This document shows, piece after piece, positions 17,590 through 25,704 of a stretch of 34,297 nt of DNA. Both the position numbers and the translations under genes were made by a program. This DNA comes from a virus. The stretch lies in IMG/VR virus record IMGVR_UViG_3300008012_000010; one strand, 5' to 3'. Below the pieces are notes generated by a model. That model was not told the DNA's origin. It did no database searches and was given only the letters and a program-made list of their open reading frames with translations. The stretch's first letter is position 1. Every line of letters begins with the position of its first letter.

Positions 17590-17618
17590 GGGATGCATGG
17601 TCATTGATTGTGCATCCC
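17590..17618 (+). terminator. Stem-loop after the capsid gene (possible terminator or mRNA stabiliser)
   Basis: Perfect 8-bp stem gggatgca / tgcatccc with a 13-nt loop. No clean U-tract (taaaatataaaag follows). Confidence 0.5.
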
Positions 17619-17634
17619 TAAAATATAAAAGTTT

Positions 17635-18675
17635 ATGTCATTGATTTCTTGCTTGGACAATCTTGTTGATATTGTTGGAAACTGCTCTAATACAAGACAG
17701 AGTGGTGTGATGTACCTTGATGATATTGGTATCAGCTTACAAGATGTGACTGATGGCAATGATATTGATGAGAATGCATCATCATTGGTCAATAACAAAA
17801 TTGGCTTTTGTCAGCAGATCATCAAGAATCATGTTGAGACACATTTCAATGGCAAGCTTGAGCGCAACACAGTTCTCTCAAATGGTGTTGCTGGCTATTA
17901 TCAAGAGAATAGAGTTGAAGAGAGTCACACTGCTGACACATTAGGTGGCTTGTTTTTAGAGGTCAACAAATATCCATATCTTGAAATCTACATTGACAAA
18001 GTGAGAATATTCACAAAAGATGCTGAGACATTTGATCTCAAAATCTTTGATGTGATGACTGGTGCAGAACTGTTCACTCAATCAGTGACAACCAATGCTG
18101 GCACAATCACAGATGTTGATGTTGATCAGACATTCAAAACAGATGGACAAAAAACTCAGCTTTTCATTGCTTATCCTCAGCAGAATGTGACAACATACAG
18201 ATCACAAATCAGCCAAAGAGGATGCAGTTCATGCATATTTGGTTCAACTTATGATGGTTTTATGCACAGACAAGGTGCAACAATTGGCTCATCAGAGACA
18301 TTGAGCAAGAGCAATTTGAATCTTGGTGGTCAGACTCAAGGTGTGTCAATCATCTACTCATTGAATTGCAGCTTGGACAACTTTGTCTGTTCAATCAGAA
18401 ACAGACTACAATATTCATTGCTCTATTTGGTAGGTGCAAAACTGGCTGAGGAGATATTATTCTCCAAGAATCAAAACTCAACCACTATCATCTTTCGAGG
18501 TGATGCTCGTGAAATGATGGAAAGATTCGAGAGTGAATACAACATGGCAATGTTTGGTGCATTTGATGATAATGGCAGAAAGATCAAAAAAGGTTTGCTT
18601 GATCAGATCGCATTGCCAAATGACATTTGTTTCAAGTGCAAAAAGACTGTCAAGAGAAAAGTGATGATACCATGA
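17635..18675 (+). CDS. Hypothetical virion protein (346 aa)
   Basis: Track ORF, first gene after the capsid hairpin. C-terminal CFKCKK. No family recognised. Confidence 0.5.
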   Translation: MSLISCLDNLVDIVGNCSNTRQSGVMYLDDIGISLQDVTDGNDIDENASSLVNNKIGFCQQIIKNHVETHFNGKLERNTVLSNGVAGYYQENRVEESHTADTLGGLFLEVNKYPYLEIYIDKVRIFTKDAETFDLKIFDVMTGAELFTQSVTTNAGTITDVDVDQTFKTDGQKTQLFIAYPQQNVTTYRSQISQRGCSSCIFGSTYDGFMHRQGATIGSSETLSKSNLNLGGQTQGVSIIYSLNCSLDNFVCSIRNRLQYSLLYLVGAKLAEEILFSKNQNSTTIIFRGDAREMMERFESEYNMAMFGAFDDNGRKIKKGLLDQIALPNDICFKCKKTVKRKVMIP

Positions 18676-18679
18676 TCTG

Positions 18680-19198
18680 ATGGCAAATTTTGACTCCATA
18701 GATGCATATCAAGCAGCTCTGACAGCAAGAGCCAGAGAGATATTGTCTCTCCAGAAAGAGATTGCATTCAATGCAGCACAAGATGTGAATCAAAAGAAAG
18801 TTGACAGAATATTCATCAGAGGATTGAACGCGAATGGTCGCAACATTGGCACATATAGCACAAAACCAATCAGAATCTCACAGAAAAACTCACCAACACA
18901 GCTTGGTGGTAAGACAAAATACTTTGCTGGCGGGTACAAAGATTTTAAGCAATTTATTGGCAGAGGCTCAAAAGTGAATCTTGTTGTTTTCAGAAATCTT
19001 GAGAAAGATTTCAGAACATCATTGACTTATCGTTCTGGAGAGTGGACAGAAGGTGTGAAAAGAAATGAGAATCTTGACAAAATTGGTGGCATATTGAAAA
19101 AATATGGTGATGTAGTTTTTGAGTTTTCAAAGACTGAAATAAAAAATTTCAATAAACTTGTTGAGCAAGTTCTCAACAGAAAAATGAAAGGAAATTGA
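18680..19198 (+). CDS. Putative head-tail connector / tail completion protein (172 aa)
   Basis: Assigned from position and size, with a loose resemblance to HK97 gp10-like proteins. Weak. Confidence 0.35.
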   Translation: MANFDSIDAYQAALTARAREILSLQKEIAFNAAQDVNQKKVDRIFIRGLNANGRNIGTYSTKPIRISQKNSPTQLGGKTKYFAGGYKDFKQFIGRGSKVNLVVFRNLEKDFRTSLTYRSGEWTEGVKRNENLDKIGGILKKYGDVVFEFSKTEIKNFNKLVEQVLNRKMKGN

Positions 19199-19728
19199 TT
19201 GATCAGATTGTGACATACATCAACAACAAGCTCACTGACATAAATGTGAATTATGGTCTTTGTGAGAAAGTGACTATTGATGAGAGATCAGTTGTGAAGC
19301 AGCTTGGTGAGAATGGTGCAATCATTGACTTTGCAAAAGTCAGCTCATGCTCATACATATTACCAAATGGCACAGTGACAGCAGAGGAGATTGATGGTGA
19401 TGTTGGTGGTGGCTATGTTCAAAGATTAACATATCCAGTCAACTTGGTGATTTTCAAAGAGAGATGTGAGTTGCCAGAGCTTGATGAAATATATCAAGTC
19501 AGCCAAAAGATTGTGACCAATAATGATCCAGCACTTGTGAGTGACTCTGGTGCATTGCAAGGTGCAAAGATTCAGATGACTGAGGCTTTGCATGATAAAA
19601 CAGAGATATTTGAAAGAGATTTCAGTGAAAATGAAATGAGATTCAAGTTGAGTCAGATTATGATCAGCTTGACTCTTGACATCATTCTTGATCTGGATCT
19701 TGAATGCGATAACATTAAATCATGTTAA
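19195..19728 (+). CDS. Hypothetical virion protein (177 aa; TTG start, or nearby GTG 19210)
   Basis: Track ORF. TTG 19195 overlaps the upstream TGA. No in-frame ATG near the 5' end. Confidence 0.45.
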   Translation: MIDQIVTYINNKLTDINVNYGLCEKVTIDERSVVKQLGENGAIIDFAKVSSCSYILPNGTVTAEEIDGDVGGGYVQRLTYPVNLVIFKERCELPELDEIYQVSQKIVTNNDPALVSDSGALQGAKIQMTEALHDKTEIFERDFSENEMRFKLSQIMISLTLDIILDLDLECDNIKSC

Positions 19729-19746
19729 AATTTTAAAAAATAAAAA

Positions 19747-20136
19747 ATGGCAAGCTTAACTCAGTATTTAGAAGATCAGATTTTGAATTGGTTGAAAGGC
19801 TCAACCTTTGCATCAGCACCAACAAATGTCTATGTTGATTTACTTGATGGATCTGGAAACTCAATTCTTTCAACAATCACTGGATCAGCAAACAGACAAT
19901 CAATCACATTTGGCACAATCACCACAGATGGCACTGGCAGAATCATGGCAAATTCAACAGACATCACATTCACTGCAAGTGCAGTTGGTGGAGCAACAGC
20001 AGTGTCTGCAAGTGTACATGATGCACAGACTGGTGGCAATGAGTTGGCAAGAGAAACTTTGGCATCAAGCAAAACGATTTCTGCTGCTGATGAGGTGAAA
20101 TTCTCTGCTGGCAATTTGACATTTAAAATGGACTAA
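19747..20136 (+). CDS. Conserved small phage structural protein (129 aa)
   Basis: An N-terminal YLEDQILNWLKG motif followed by Gly/Thr/Ser-rich beta-type sequence. Lies immediately upstream of the fibre gene (TAA then ATG). Confidence 0.5.
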   Translation: MASLTQYLEDQILNWLKGSTFASAPTNVYVDLLDGSGNSILSTITGSANRQSITFGTITTDGTGRIMANSTDITFTASAVGGATAVSASVHDAQTGGNELARETLASSKTISAADEVKFSAGNLTFKMD

Positions 20137-21195
20137 ATGAGATGTTGCAAAGGCAAGTTTAACAGATTTAAGTTTGGCAACATTGCGATTGGTTTTGGTA
20201 ATCTTCGCAAAACCAATGACACTGGCAGAGGTTTGAGAGTCAGATTCAACGGAGTTGGTTCTCTTTTTGGTCAATTGGCTGGTAGTTTGAGAGATTTCAG
20301 TGCTGATTTTGTTGGCTCTGGATCTTTTAGTGCTGATTTAAGCAACATTAAACAGCTTGATGCAAGCATTGCTGGTCAAGGAACATTGACTGGTGATTTG
20401 GCTGATTTTGTTGGTTTGCTTGATGATTACCCAAACGCAGCAGCAGCTTATTCTGTTCGTTTGTTAAGCGGTTCTTATACAGGAGCATTAGTCAGAATTA
20501 GAAAAGACACAGGAGGTCAGCCAGAGAAGGATTTCTATCCAGATGAAAATGGTGAGTTGAGTCTTGACAGTGAAGATGGTGGAAACACAAGGCTTGGCAA
20601 TTGGATTGGAAGCAACGATGGTTATCTTGTGACATGGTACTCACAGGCTGGCATAAGTGGGCGAGATGTGACCAACTCAACGGCAAGTACGCAACCAAAA
20701 TTATTAACTGCTGGAGTTTTTGAAACCAACGACAACGGAAATATAGCGGTAAATTATGCAAGTGGTAATTTCTTGAGAGTGACTGGTGTCACAGGAATAA
20801 GCACAACTAATGTTGAAGTTTATACTGTTTTCGAAAATGACTCTATTAGGGGAGTGCTGTTTTACAGCCCTAACTATATTTATTTTCAATCTGGCGACGC
20901 ATCAAGCGCGTTAAGTGGTGTTGGTTCGCCGTCGTTGAGAATTAATGGTGCTGATGATGGAGCAATAACAAGTAGAGCAAATCTATATACGAGTGTAGGA
21001 ACAACGACAAAACTTTTTGGAGTAAGGGATATTGTCCCTACTGCTTATAGTGAAATTAATGTTTTGCAATTTGGGGCAGCCGCTATTCCACAAATATGCT
21101 TTTTAAGTGAATACATTGTTTGGGATAGTTCACAGAGTGGCAACAGAACAGGAATAGAAACTAATATTAATGACTTTTTTAACATATATCCATAA
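20137..21195 (+). CDS. Tail fibre / receptor-binding protein with a lectin (AbfB/ConA-like) C-terminal domain (352 aa)
   Basis: N-terminal G-x-G-x-L type repeats (GSLFGQLAGSL, GSGSFSADL, GQGTLTGDL). Then YPNAAAAYSVRLLSGSYTGALVRIRKD...LVTWYSQAG...TQPKLL, a motif set common in phage fibre tips. Confidence 0.6.
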   Translation: MRCCKGKFNRFKFGNIAIGFGNLRKTNDTGRGLRVRFNGVGSLFGQLAGSLRDFSADFVGSGSFSADLSNIKQLDASIAGQGTLTGDLADFVGLLDDYPNAAAAYSVRLLSGSYTGALVRIRKDTGGQPEKDFYPDENGELSLDSEDGGNTRLGNWIGSNDGYLVTWYSQAGISGRDVTNSTASTQPKLLTAGVFETNDNGNIAVNYASGNFLRVTGVTGISTTNVEVYTVFENDSIRGVLFYSPNYIYFQSGDASSALSGVGSPSLRINGADDGAITSRANLYTSVGTTTKLFGVRDIVPTAYSEINVLQFGAAAIPQICFLSEYIVWDSSQSGNRTGIETNINDFFNIYP

Positions 21196-21413
21196 TGTAT
21201 TATATAGGCACAAAATCACAGGTTCAATATTACATCAGCAAGGTTGATGATGCTGAACAATACAATGGTACAACATCTACATGGGCAACACCTTTGCAAT
21301 CATTTGAAGATTCGGAAAAGTATGCTGTTGTTAAACATAATAATTATGAACACAGCAATATGACTTTAAGCGAATCTTTGCCAGATGAGTTTATAAATAA
21401 TGAATTTGAATGA
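21195..21413 (+). CDS. Hypothetical 72-aa protein (possible fibre-associated factor)
   Basis: TAATG overlap with the fibre stop. Lies within the atypically composed stretch that begins in the fibre C-terminus (only 2 CG within the ORF itself). Confidence 0.4.
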   Translation: MYYIGTKSQVQYYISKVDDAEQYNGTTSTWATPLQSFEDSEKYAVVKHNNYEHSNMTLSESLPDEFINNEFE

Positions 21414-21660
21414 TAATGTTAATTTTTTTACTATGGAAAAAGAATACATTGAAAAGCTTGACACTGTACATGAAAAAGTGAATGACATTCACAAGGCTTT
21501 GGTTGGAAATGATTATCATGATGGCTTGATTTCAAAAGTGAATGACATTGAAAAAACTCAGAACACTGCAAAAAGATACTTTTGGATGGGTGCTGGTGGT
21601 GTAGGTTTGGGAGCTGTTCTCTCACATTGGAAAACAATCAAAGGATTTTTTGAATTATGA
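21400..21660 (+). CDS. Membrane-anchored lysis-cassette protein, holin-like (86 aa; alternative start ATG 21433)
   Basis: Single C-terminal TM segment YFWMGAGGVGLGAVLSHW. ATGA overlap with the endolysin start. Confidence 0.4.
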   Translation: MNLNDNVNFFTMEKEYIEKLDTVHEKVNDIHKALVGNDYHDGLISKVNDIEKTQNTAKRYFWMGAGGVGLGAVLSHWKTIKGFFEL

Positions 21661-22109
21661 TGTTGAGCAAAAACTTGTCATTGGCTGAGGTTATCAAAAG
21701 CCAGACAGCGATCAGAAAAAACATTGACAACATACCATCACTCAGACATCAAGACAACTTGATTGCAATTGCTCAAGCAGTATTTCAGCCATTGAGAGAT
21801 TGGTATGCCAAGCCAATCACTGTGAGCAGTGGATACAGATCACCACAGCTCAATCAAGCTATCAATGGCAGTTTGAGCAGTCAGCATTGCAAAGGTGAGG
21901 CACTTGATCTTGATGTTGGTGATGAGAATTTCATGTTGTTTGATTACATCAGATTGAACCTTGACTTTGATCAAATGATCTGGGAGTTTGGTGATGATGT
22001 CAATCCAGCCTGGGTTCATGTGTCATACAAAGTGAGTGGAAACAGAAAACAAATTTTGAGAGCTGTCAAGATTGATAGCAAAACAAAATATGAGCAATGG
22101 CAAGATTGA
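21657..22109 (+). CDS. Endolysin, peptidase M15 family (150 aa)
   Basis: SGYRSPQLN, SQHCKGEALDLDV and NPAWVHVSY correspond to the Zn-binding H/D/H motifs of M15 cell-wall peptidases. Confidence 0.85.
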   Translation: MMLSKNLSLAEVIKSQTAIRKNIDNIPSLRHQDNLIAIAQAVFQPLRDWYAKPITVSSGYRSPQLNQAINGSLSSQHCKGEALDLDVGDENFMLFDYIRLNLDFDQMIWEFGDDVNPAWVHVSYKVSGNRKQILRAVKIDSKTKYEQWQD

Positions 22110-22369
22110 GCAAAAAAGATTTGTCTTGCAACAAGCCAAAGAGAACACCAAATCATTCAACAAAGTCTCATGTTGTCAAAGCTTGTGAGAATGGCAAAGA
22201 AAAGCTCATCAGATTTGGTCAACAAGGTGCAAAGACTGCTGGCAAGCCAAAGAAAAATGAAAGTGCAGCAATGAAAGCAAAGAGAAAGTCATTCAAAGCT
22301 CGTCATGCAAAGAATATTGCAAAAGGAAAGATGAGTGCAGCATATTGGTCAAACAAAGTAAAATGGTAA
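22097..22369 (+). CDS. Conserved small basic protein (90 aa) of unknown function
   Basis: The motif set KSHVVKA..GKEKLIRFG...KRKSFKARH...AAYWSNKVKW resembles a small protein family widespread in marine phages. 13-nt overlap with the endolysin gene. Confidence 0.55.
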   Translation: MARLSKKDLSCNKPKRTPNHSTKSHVVKACENGKEKLIRFGQQGAKTAGKPKKNESAAMKAKRKSFKARHAKNIAKGKMSAAYWSNKVKW

Positions 22370-22370
22370 A

Positions 22371-22910
22371 ATGAGCAAAATTTTGGACACCATCAAAAGC
22401 TTTTCACCATCTGGCATGGTCAAAGAAGGTTTGAAAAACACTCTTGGCATCATGGCTGACAAAGGTGTTGAGATATTTACCAAAGTGCAAGATGGCAAGA
22501 TTTCAATTGCTGAGGGTCAACAAGAGCTTGAGCAATTCAAGTTGCAAATGCAAGCTGATGCAGAGCAAGCTGCTCTTGAAATGGACAAAGCATACTTGGC
22601 AGATAAAGCAAATGCCAGAAATATGAATCTTGGCATTCAAAGGTCTAAGAGCGCAAGCTGGCTTGCAAAAAACACTCCGTATTTATTGGCAATCACAGTG
22701 GTGTTGCAATTCTTGATAATGCTTTATATTATAGTATTTTATGTAATACCATCAGAAAATAAAGAAATATTTTACACTGCATTTGGTGCATTATCAGCAA
22801 CAGTCACTACCATTATGATGTTCTTTTTTGGTGCTAATAAAGATACAAGTGACCAAAATGAAGTGATGAGAGAAGAACGAGAAATGAGAAAACAAGGTAA
22901 AAATAATTAG
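22371..22910 (+). CDS. Putative holin (3-TM type with a long N-terminal cytoplasmic helix; 179 aa)
   Basis: Coiled N-terminal half (QQELEQFKLQMQADAEQAALEMDKAYLADKANARN), then TM segments YLLAITVVLQFLIMLYIIVFYVI and FYTAFGALSATVTTIMMFFFGA. Confidence 0.45.
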   Translation: MSKILDTIKSFSPSGMVKEGLKNTLGIMADKGVEIFTKVQDGKISIAEGQQELEQFKLQMQADAEQAALEMDKAYLADKANARNMNLGIQRSKSASWLAKNTPYLLAITVVLQFLIMLYIIVFYVIPSENKEIFYTAFGALSATVTTIMMFFFGANKDTSDQNEVMREEREMRKQGKNN

Positions 22911-22911
22911 C

Positions 22912-23073
22912 ATGAAAAAATTTCCTTTGATAGTAATTGGCATCACACTTGGTGTGCTGATCTCAGCAGTGATTGTTGGTCAATATACAGAGGCAGTGAT
23001 TGCTGGTGCTGTGTTTCTTGCATGGTTGATCTTTTTCAATTGGATCAGAAAAGGAGAGAAAGATGCTCATTGA
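22912..23073 (+). CDS. Small 2-TM membrane protein (53 aa; below the track length cutoff)
   Basis: Manual translation: MKKFPLIVIGITLGVLISAVIVGQYTEAVIAGAVFLAWLIFFNWIRKGEKDAH. ATG lies 2 nt after the upstream stop. 11-nt overlap with the next gene. Confidence 0.45.
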   Translation: MKKFPLIVIGITLGVLISAVIVGQYTEAVIAGAVFLAWLIFFNWIRKGEKDAH

Positions 23074-23449
23074 TATCTGGCTCATTCCATTTGTTGTTTA
23101 TTGGTTCACAAAAGCAGCACAAGATGCAATCATGTCTGATGGGCATGGCTTTGATCCAGATGCCAAGTACAAGTCACCAAAAGTGCCAGTTGATAAGATC
23201 AAGAACAAACTTTGGAAATTGTATCACAAAATCAATGGATTAAAATATCAAGAGAGATTTCCATTCTCAGCAACATTTCTGGTGATGTTCACTGATCTCT
23301 GGCATCTGTTTGGCACATTTCGTCATGTGTGTGTTGTCTGGCTTGCATGGCTTGTTGTTGGATCAACTGTGATTGATTTCTTGATGTTGTATGTTCTGGG
23401 CTTGCTTGTTTTCAATATCTCTTTCAGAGTGCTGAGGCTTGTGGATTAA
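23063..23449 (+). CDS. Integral membrane protein (128 aa)
   Basis: Track ORF. Hydrophobic N-terminus IWLIPFVVYWF and a C-terminal block VCVVWLAWLVVGSTVIDFLMLYVLGLLVFNISF. Confidence 0.55.
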   Translation: MLIDIWLIPFVVYWFTKAAQDAIMSDGHGFDPDAKYKSPKVPVDKIKNKLWKLYHKINGLKYQERFPFSATFLVMFTDLWHLFGTFRHVCVVWLAWLVVGSTVIDFLMLYVLGLLVFNISFRVLRLVD

Positions 23450-23500
23450 AAAAATTTATATATTTTTTCACTTGAATTGCACAACTTTGTGAAAAAGTAG

Positions 23501-23508
23501 TATATTTG
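23501..23508 (+). promoter_or_regulatory. Bacteroidota-type -7 promoter box TAnnTTTG (tatatttg)
   Basis: Exact motif in the 79-nt gap, 21 nt upstream of ATG 23529. A second near-match, tatatttt, lies within aaatttatatatttttt at about 23456-23472. Confidence 0.45.
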
Positions 23509-23528
23509 ATCTAACAAAAACAAAAAAA

Positions 23529-23852
23529 ATGAAAAATTACAGCATACAACATACAATCATCAATGAAACAGTAGGAATGAAAGCTGGTTTTGCCAGACCG
23601 GTTAGTTTGGTGAAAGTTTTTGATGGCAATTCATTAGTGAAAACTTTCACCAAAAAAGCATCAAAAAAAGATGAGTTTTCAGTGGCAGTTTCAATTTTTA
23701 TGTCAAACAATTCATTGTCTGATATGCATTGTTCATTTTATCCAAAAAATGTGAAGTCAAAATGGTATTGGACAAGCAGAAATGATGAGAATTGTGAATT
23801 GTTGATATTGGAATCAGTGATCAATCAACCATCAGCAACTAAAAAAATATAA
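23529..23852 (+). CDS. Hypothetical 107-aa protein in a single-gene cassette (own promoter box and terminator)
   Basis: Track ORF bracketed by the TAnnTTTG box and the 23860-23885 terminator. No TM segment or recognisable motif. Confidence 0.6.
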   Translation: MKNYSIQHTIINETVGMKAGFARPVSLVKVFDGNSLVKTFTKKASKKDEFSVAVSIFMSNNSLSDMHCSFYPKNVKSKWYWTSRNDENCELLILESVINQPSATKKI

Positions 23853-23859
23853 ACCAACC

Positions 23860-23885
23860 AAGCCCAGCAGCAATGTTGGGCTTTT
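23860..23885 (+). terminator. Rho-independent terminator
   Basis: Stem aagccca / tgggctt (7 bp, perfect), 10-nt loop gcagcaatgt, with a TTTT run at the 3' side. Confidence 0.7.
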
Positions 23886-23897
23886 AAACTTTCAACC

Positions 23898-24113
23898 ATG
23901 CAAGTAATATCACAGCACACCTTTGGCAGTCACACCAAGACAGTTGTCAAGCATCAATCTGGCAGATGCTTTGACATTCACAAACATGATACTGAATCAG
24001 TGTTCATTGTCTGTGGTCATGGCATTGACATCTGCTTTGGGCATCAGAGAGCATCTTTTGATGACTGTCTTGAGTTCATCAATGATTTTCACATCAAATA
24101 CAACAGAGTATGA
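23898..24113 (+). CDS. Hypothetical early protein (71 aa)
   Basis: Track ORF. ATGA overlap with the next gene. Confidence 0.5.
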   Translation: MQVISQHTFGSHTKTVVKHQSGRCFDIHKHDTESVFIVCGHGIDICFGHQRASFDDCLEFINDFHIKYNRV

Positions 24114-24466
24114 AAGTGAAATATTTGCTCCAACTCAAAACTCACTATGGCTCATACTTTTCAAAAGTGAGTGACTTTGAGTCTGAGAAACATTTCTCAA
24201 ACTATTGCAAAGCCACCAGCGAAAAGTTCAAGATCATTGGCATCTTTCCAATGATCTCTGATGAGCTGATGTCTGACATCATCAAAAGCTTTGGTGGCTC
24301 AATTACCATCAAGCAAGCAATTGCTCAAGCTCAAGCAAGACTTGACTGGACATTTGATGAGCAAGACATTGAGCATCTCTGCTCACTAAAATCAAACAAT
24401 TTTCAAATCATAAACAAAATCATACATGAAAAACTTGATCAAAGCAGTCAACAAAGTGATGACTGA
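24110..24466 (+). CDS. Hypothetical early protein (118 aa)
   Basis: Track ORF coupled to its neighbours. Confidence 0.55.
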   Translation: MKVKYLLQLKTHYGSYFSKVSDFESEKHFSNYCKATSEKFKIIGIFPMISDELMSDIIKSFGGSITIKQAIAQAQARLDWTFDEQDIEHLCSLKSNNFQIINKIIHEKLDQSSQQSDD

Positions 24467-25037
24467 ATGCACAACAATTGACAAGTCATCAAAAGTTGGC
24501 TCTGGCTCTTATGCGTACAAAGGTGTCAAAGACTCAGAACTCAAGCTGATGCTCTCAAGATCAATGAGAGAGAATGGTCTTGCAATCTTTCCAACTCACA
24601 TTGATGAGTCAACAGAGATTGAGAGATACACAGACAAAAATGGAAAGCCAAAAATGCAAGTATTCACCAAAGTGACAAGCAAGTTCACTCTCATGCATGA
24701 GTCTGGTGAGAGCATTGAACTGTCTGGCATTGGTCACTCTGTTGATAATGCTGACAAAGGTGCTGGCAAAGCATCAACCTATGCAATGAAATATGCTCTC
24801 ATGTACACTTTCATGGTTGCTGCTGGTGAGATTGATGATGCTGATGACTATCACTCAGATGAGATTGAGCAACCACCAGCAAAATCATCAAATGCCATTG
24901 ACATTGGTGATGAGAAATTTGACTCTGCTGTTGTGAAAGTCATCTCTGGTGACATCACTGTTGACAAGATATTGACCAAATACAATCTCACCAAAAGAGC
25001 TGAGAAAAAGCTCAGAGAGATTGAAAATGCTGAATGA
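24426..25037 (+). CDS. erf: ERF-family single-strand annealing recombinase (203 aa)
   Basis: YAYKGVKDSELKLMLSRSMRENGLAIFP...LMHESGESIE...DKGAGKASTYAMKYALMYTFMVAAGEIDDADD matches the ERF pattern (H.SGE ... G.A.TYA.RYAL ... acidic tail). Confidence 0.7.
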   Translation: MKNLIKAVNKVMTECTTIDKSSKVGSGSYAYKGVKDSELKLMLSRSMRENGLAIFPTHIDESTEIERYTDKNGKPKMQVFTKVTSKFTLMHESGESIELSGIGHSVDNADKGAGKASTYAMKYALMYTFMVAAGEIDDADDYHSDEIEQPPAKSSNAIDIGDEKFDSAVVKVISGDITVDKILTKYNLTKRAEKKLREIENAE

Positions 25038-25420
25038 TGAGAGTAAAAAAAGAAACATTATTTGAGCTTATAAGAGCCACTGGTCGAGAATTGCCACAGT
25101 TTGATTTGCTTGACATCATTGGAGCTGCTTATGCAAAATTGAACAAATCTGCACCAACTGATGAGCTTTATGATCTGGACATCATTGGCAATTTTCTCAA
25201 CATTCCTTTGCAAGTTCATGCTGATTCAATCAAGATGAACTACATGAAAATGCAAACAACAAGACAATTCATCTTGCAGACTTACCCATTGCAGCAAAAA
25301 AAGAAAAACATCAAAGAGTTGGCAATACCAGAGCCAATGAATGGCATTCTTGCATGGGTTGACAGATATGAGATCTGGCACTATTGGTATCTTAATCATA
25401 ACATTAAACCGATTAAATGA
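25034..25420 (+). CDS. Hypothetical protein (128 aa)
   Basis: Track ORF with ATGA overlaps on both sides. Confidence 0.55.
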   Translation: MMRVKKETLFELIRATGRELPQFDLLDIIGAAYAKLNKSAPTDELYDLDIIGNFLNIPLQVHADSIKMNYMKMQTTRQFILQTYPLQQKKKNIKELAIPEPMNGILAWVDRYEIWHYWYLNHNIKPIK

Positions 25421-25704
25421 GAAAACTCACTGAAATCATCAATGAATGGTCTGAGATGACAATCACTGATGAGTCTCTTGCAGATGTGCTTGAGATCAGA
25501 AAAGAATTAGCAACCAAATATTTTGAAGTGGCTCACACAGCAGCAAAAGATGCAATGAGCCACTTTGCAGATCCAGATGATGGCAATCTCTCTGGCAAGT
25601 ACAATGGCAAGCTGAGACTGCTTGAAGGTGTGGCACAAGTGCTGGCATCAATGCAACAATCAATCACATTCTTGCAGCAAAGACAGCCAAGTGATCAAAA
25701 TTGA
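25417..25704 (+). CDS. Hypothetical protein (95 aa)
   Basis: Track ORF with an ATGA overlap upstream. Confidence 0.55.
   Translation: MRKLTEIINEWSEMTITDESLADVLEIRKELATKYFEVAHTAAKDAMSHFADPDDGNLSGKYNGKLRLLEGVAQVLASMQQSITFLQQRQPSDQN

Noticed and set aside
20137-21195. Diversity-generating retroelement acting on the tail fibre
   Set aside because: There is no reverse transcriptase gene and no template repeat matching the fibre C-terminus anywhere in the window.
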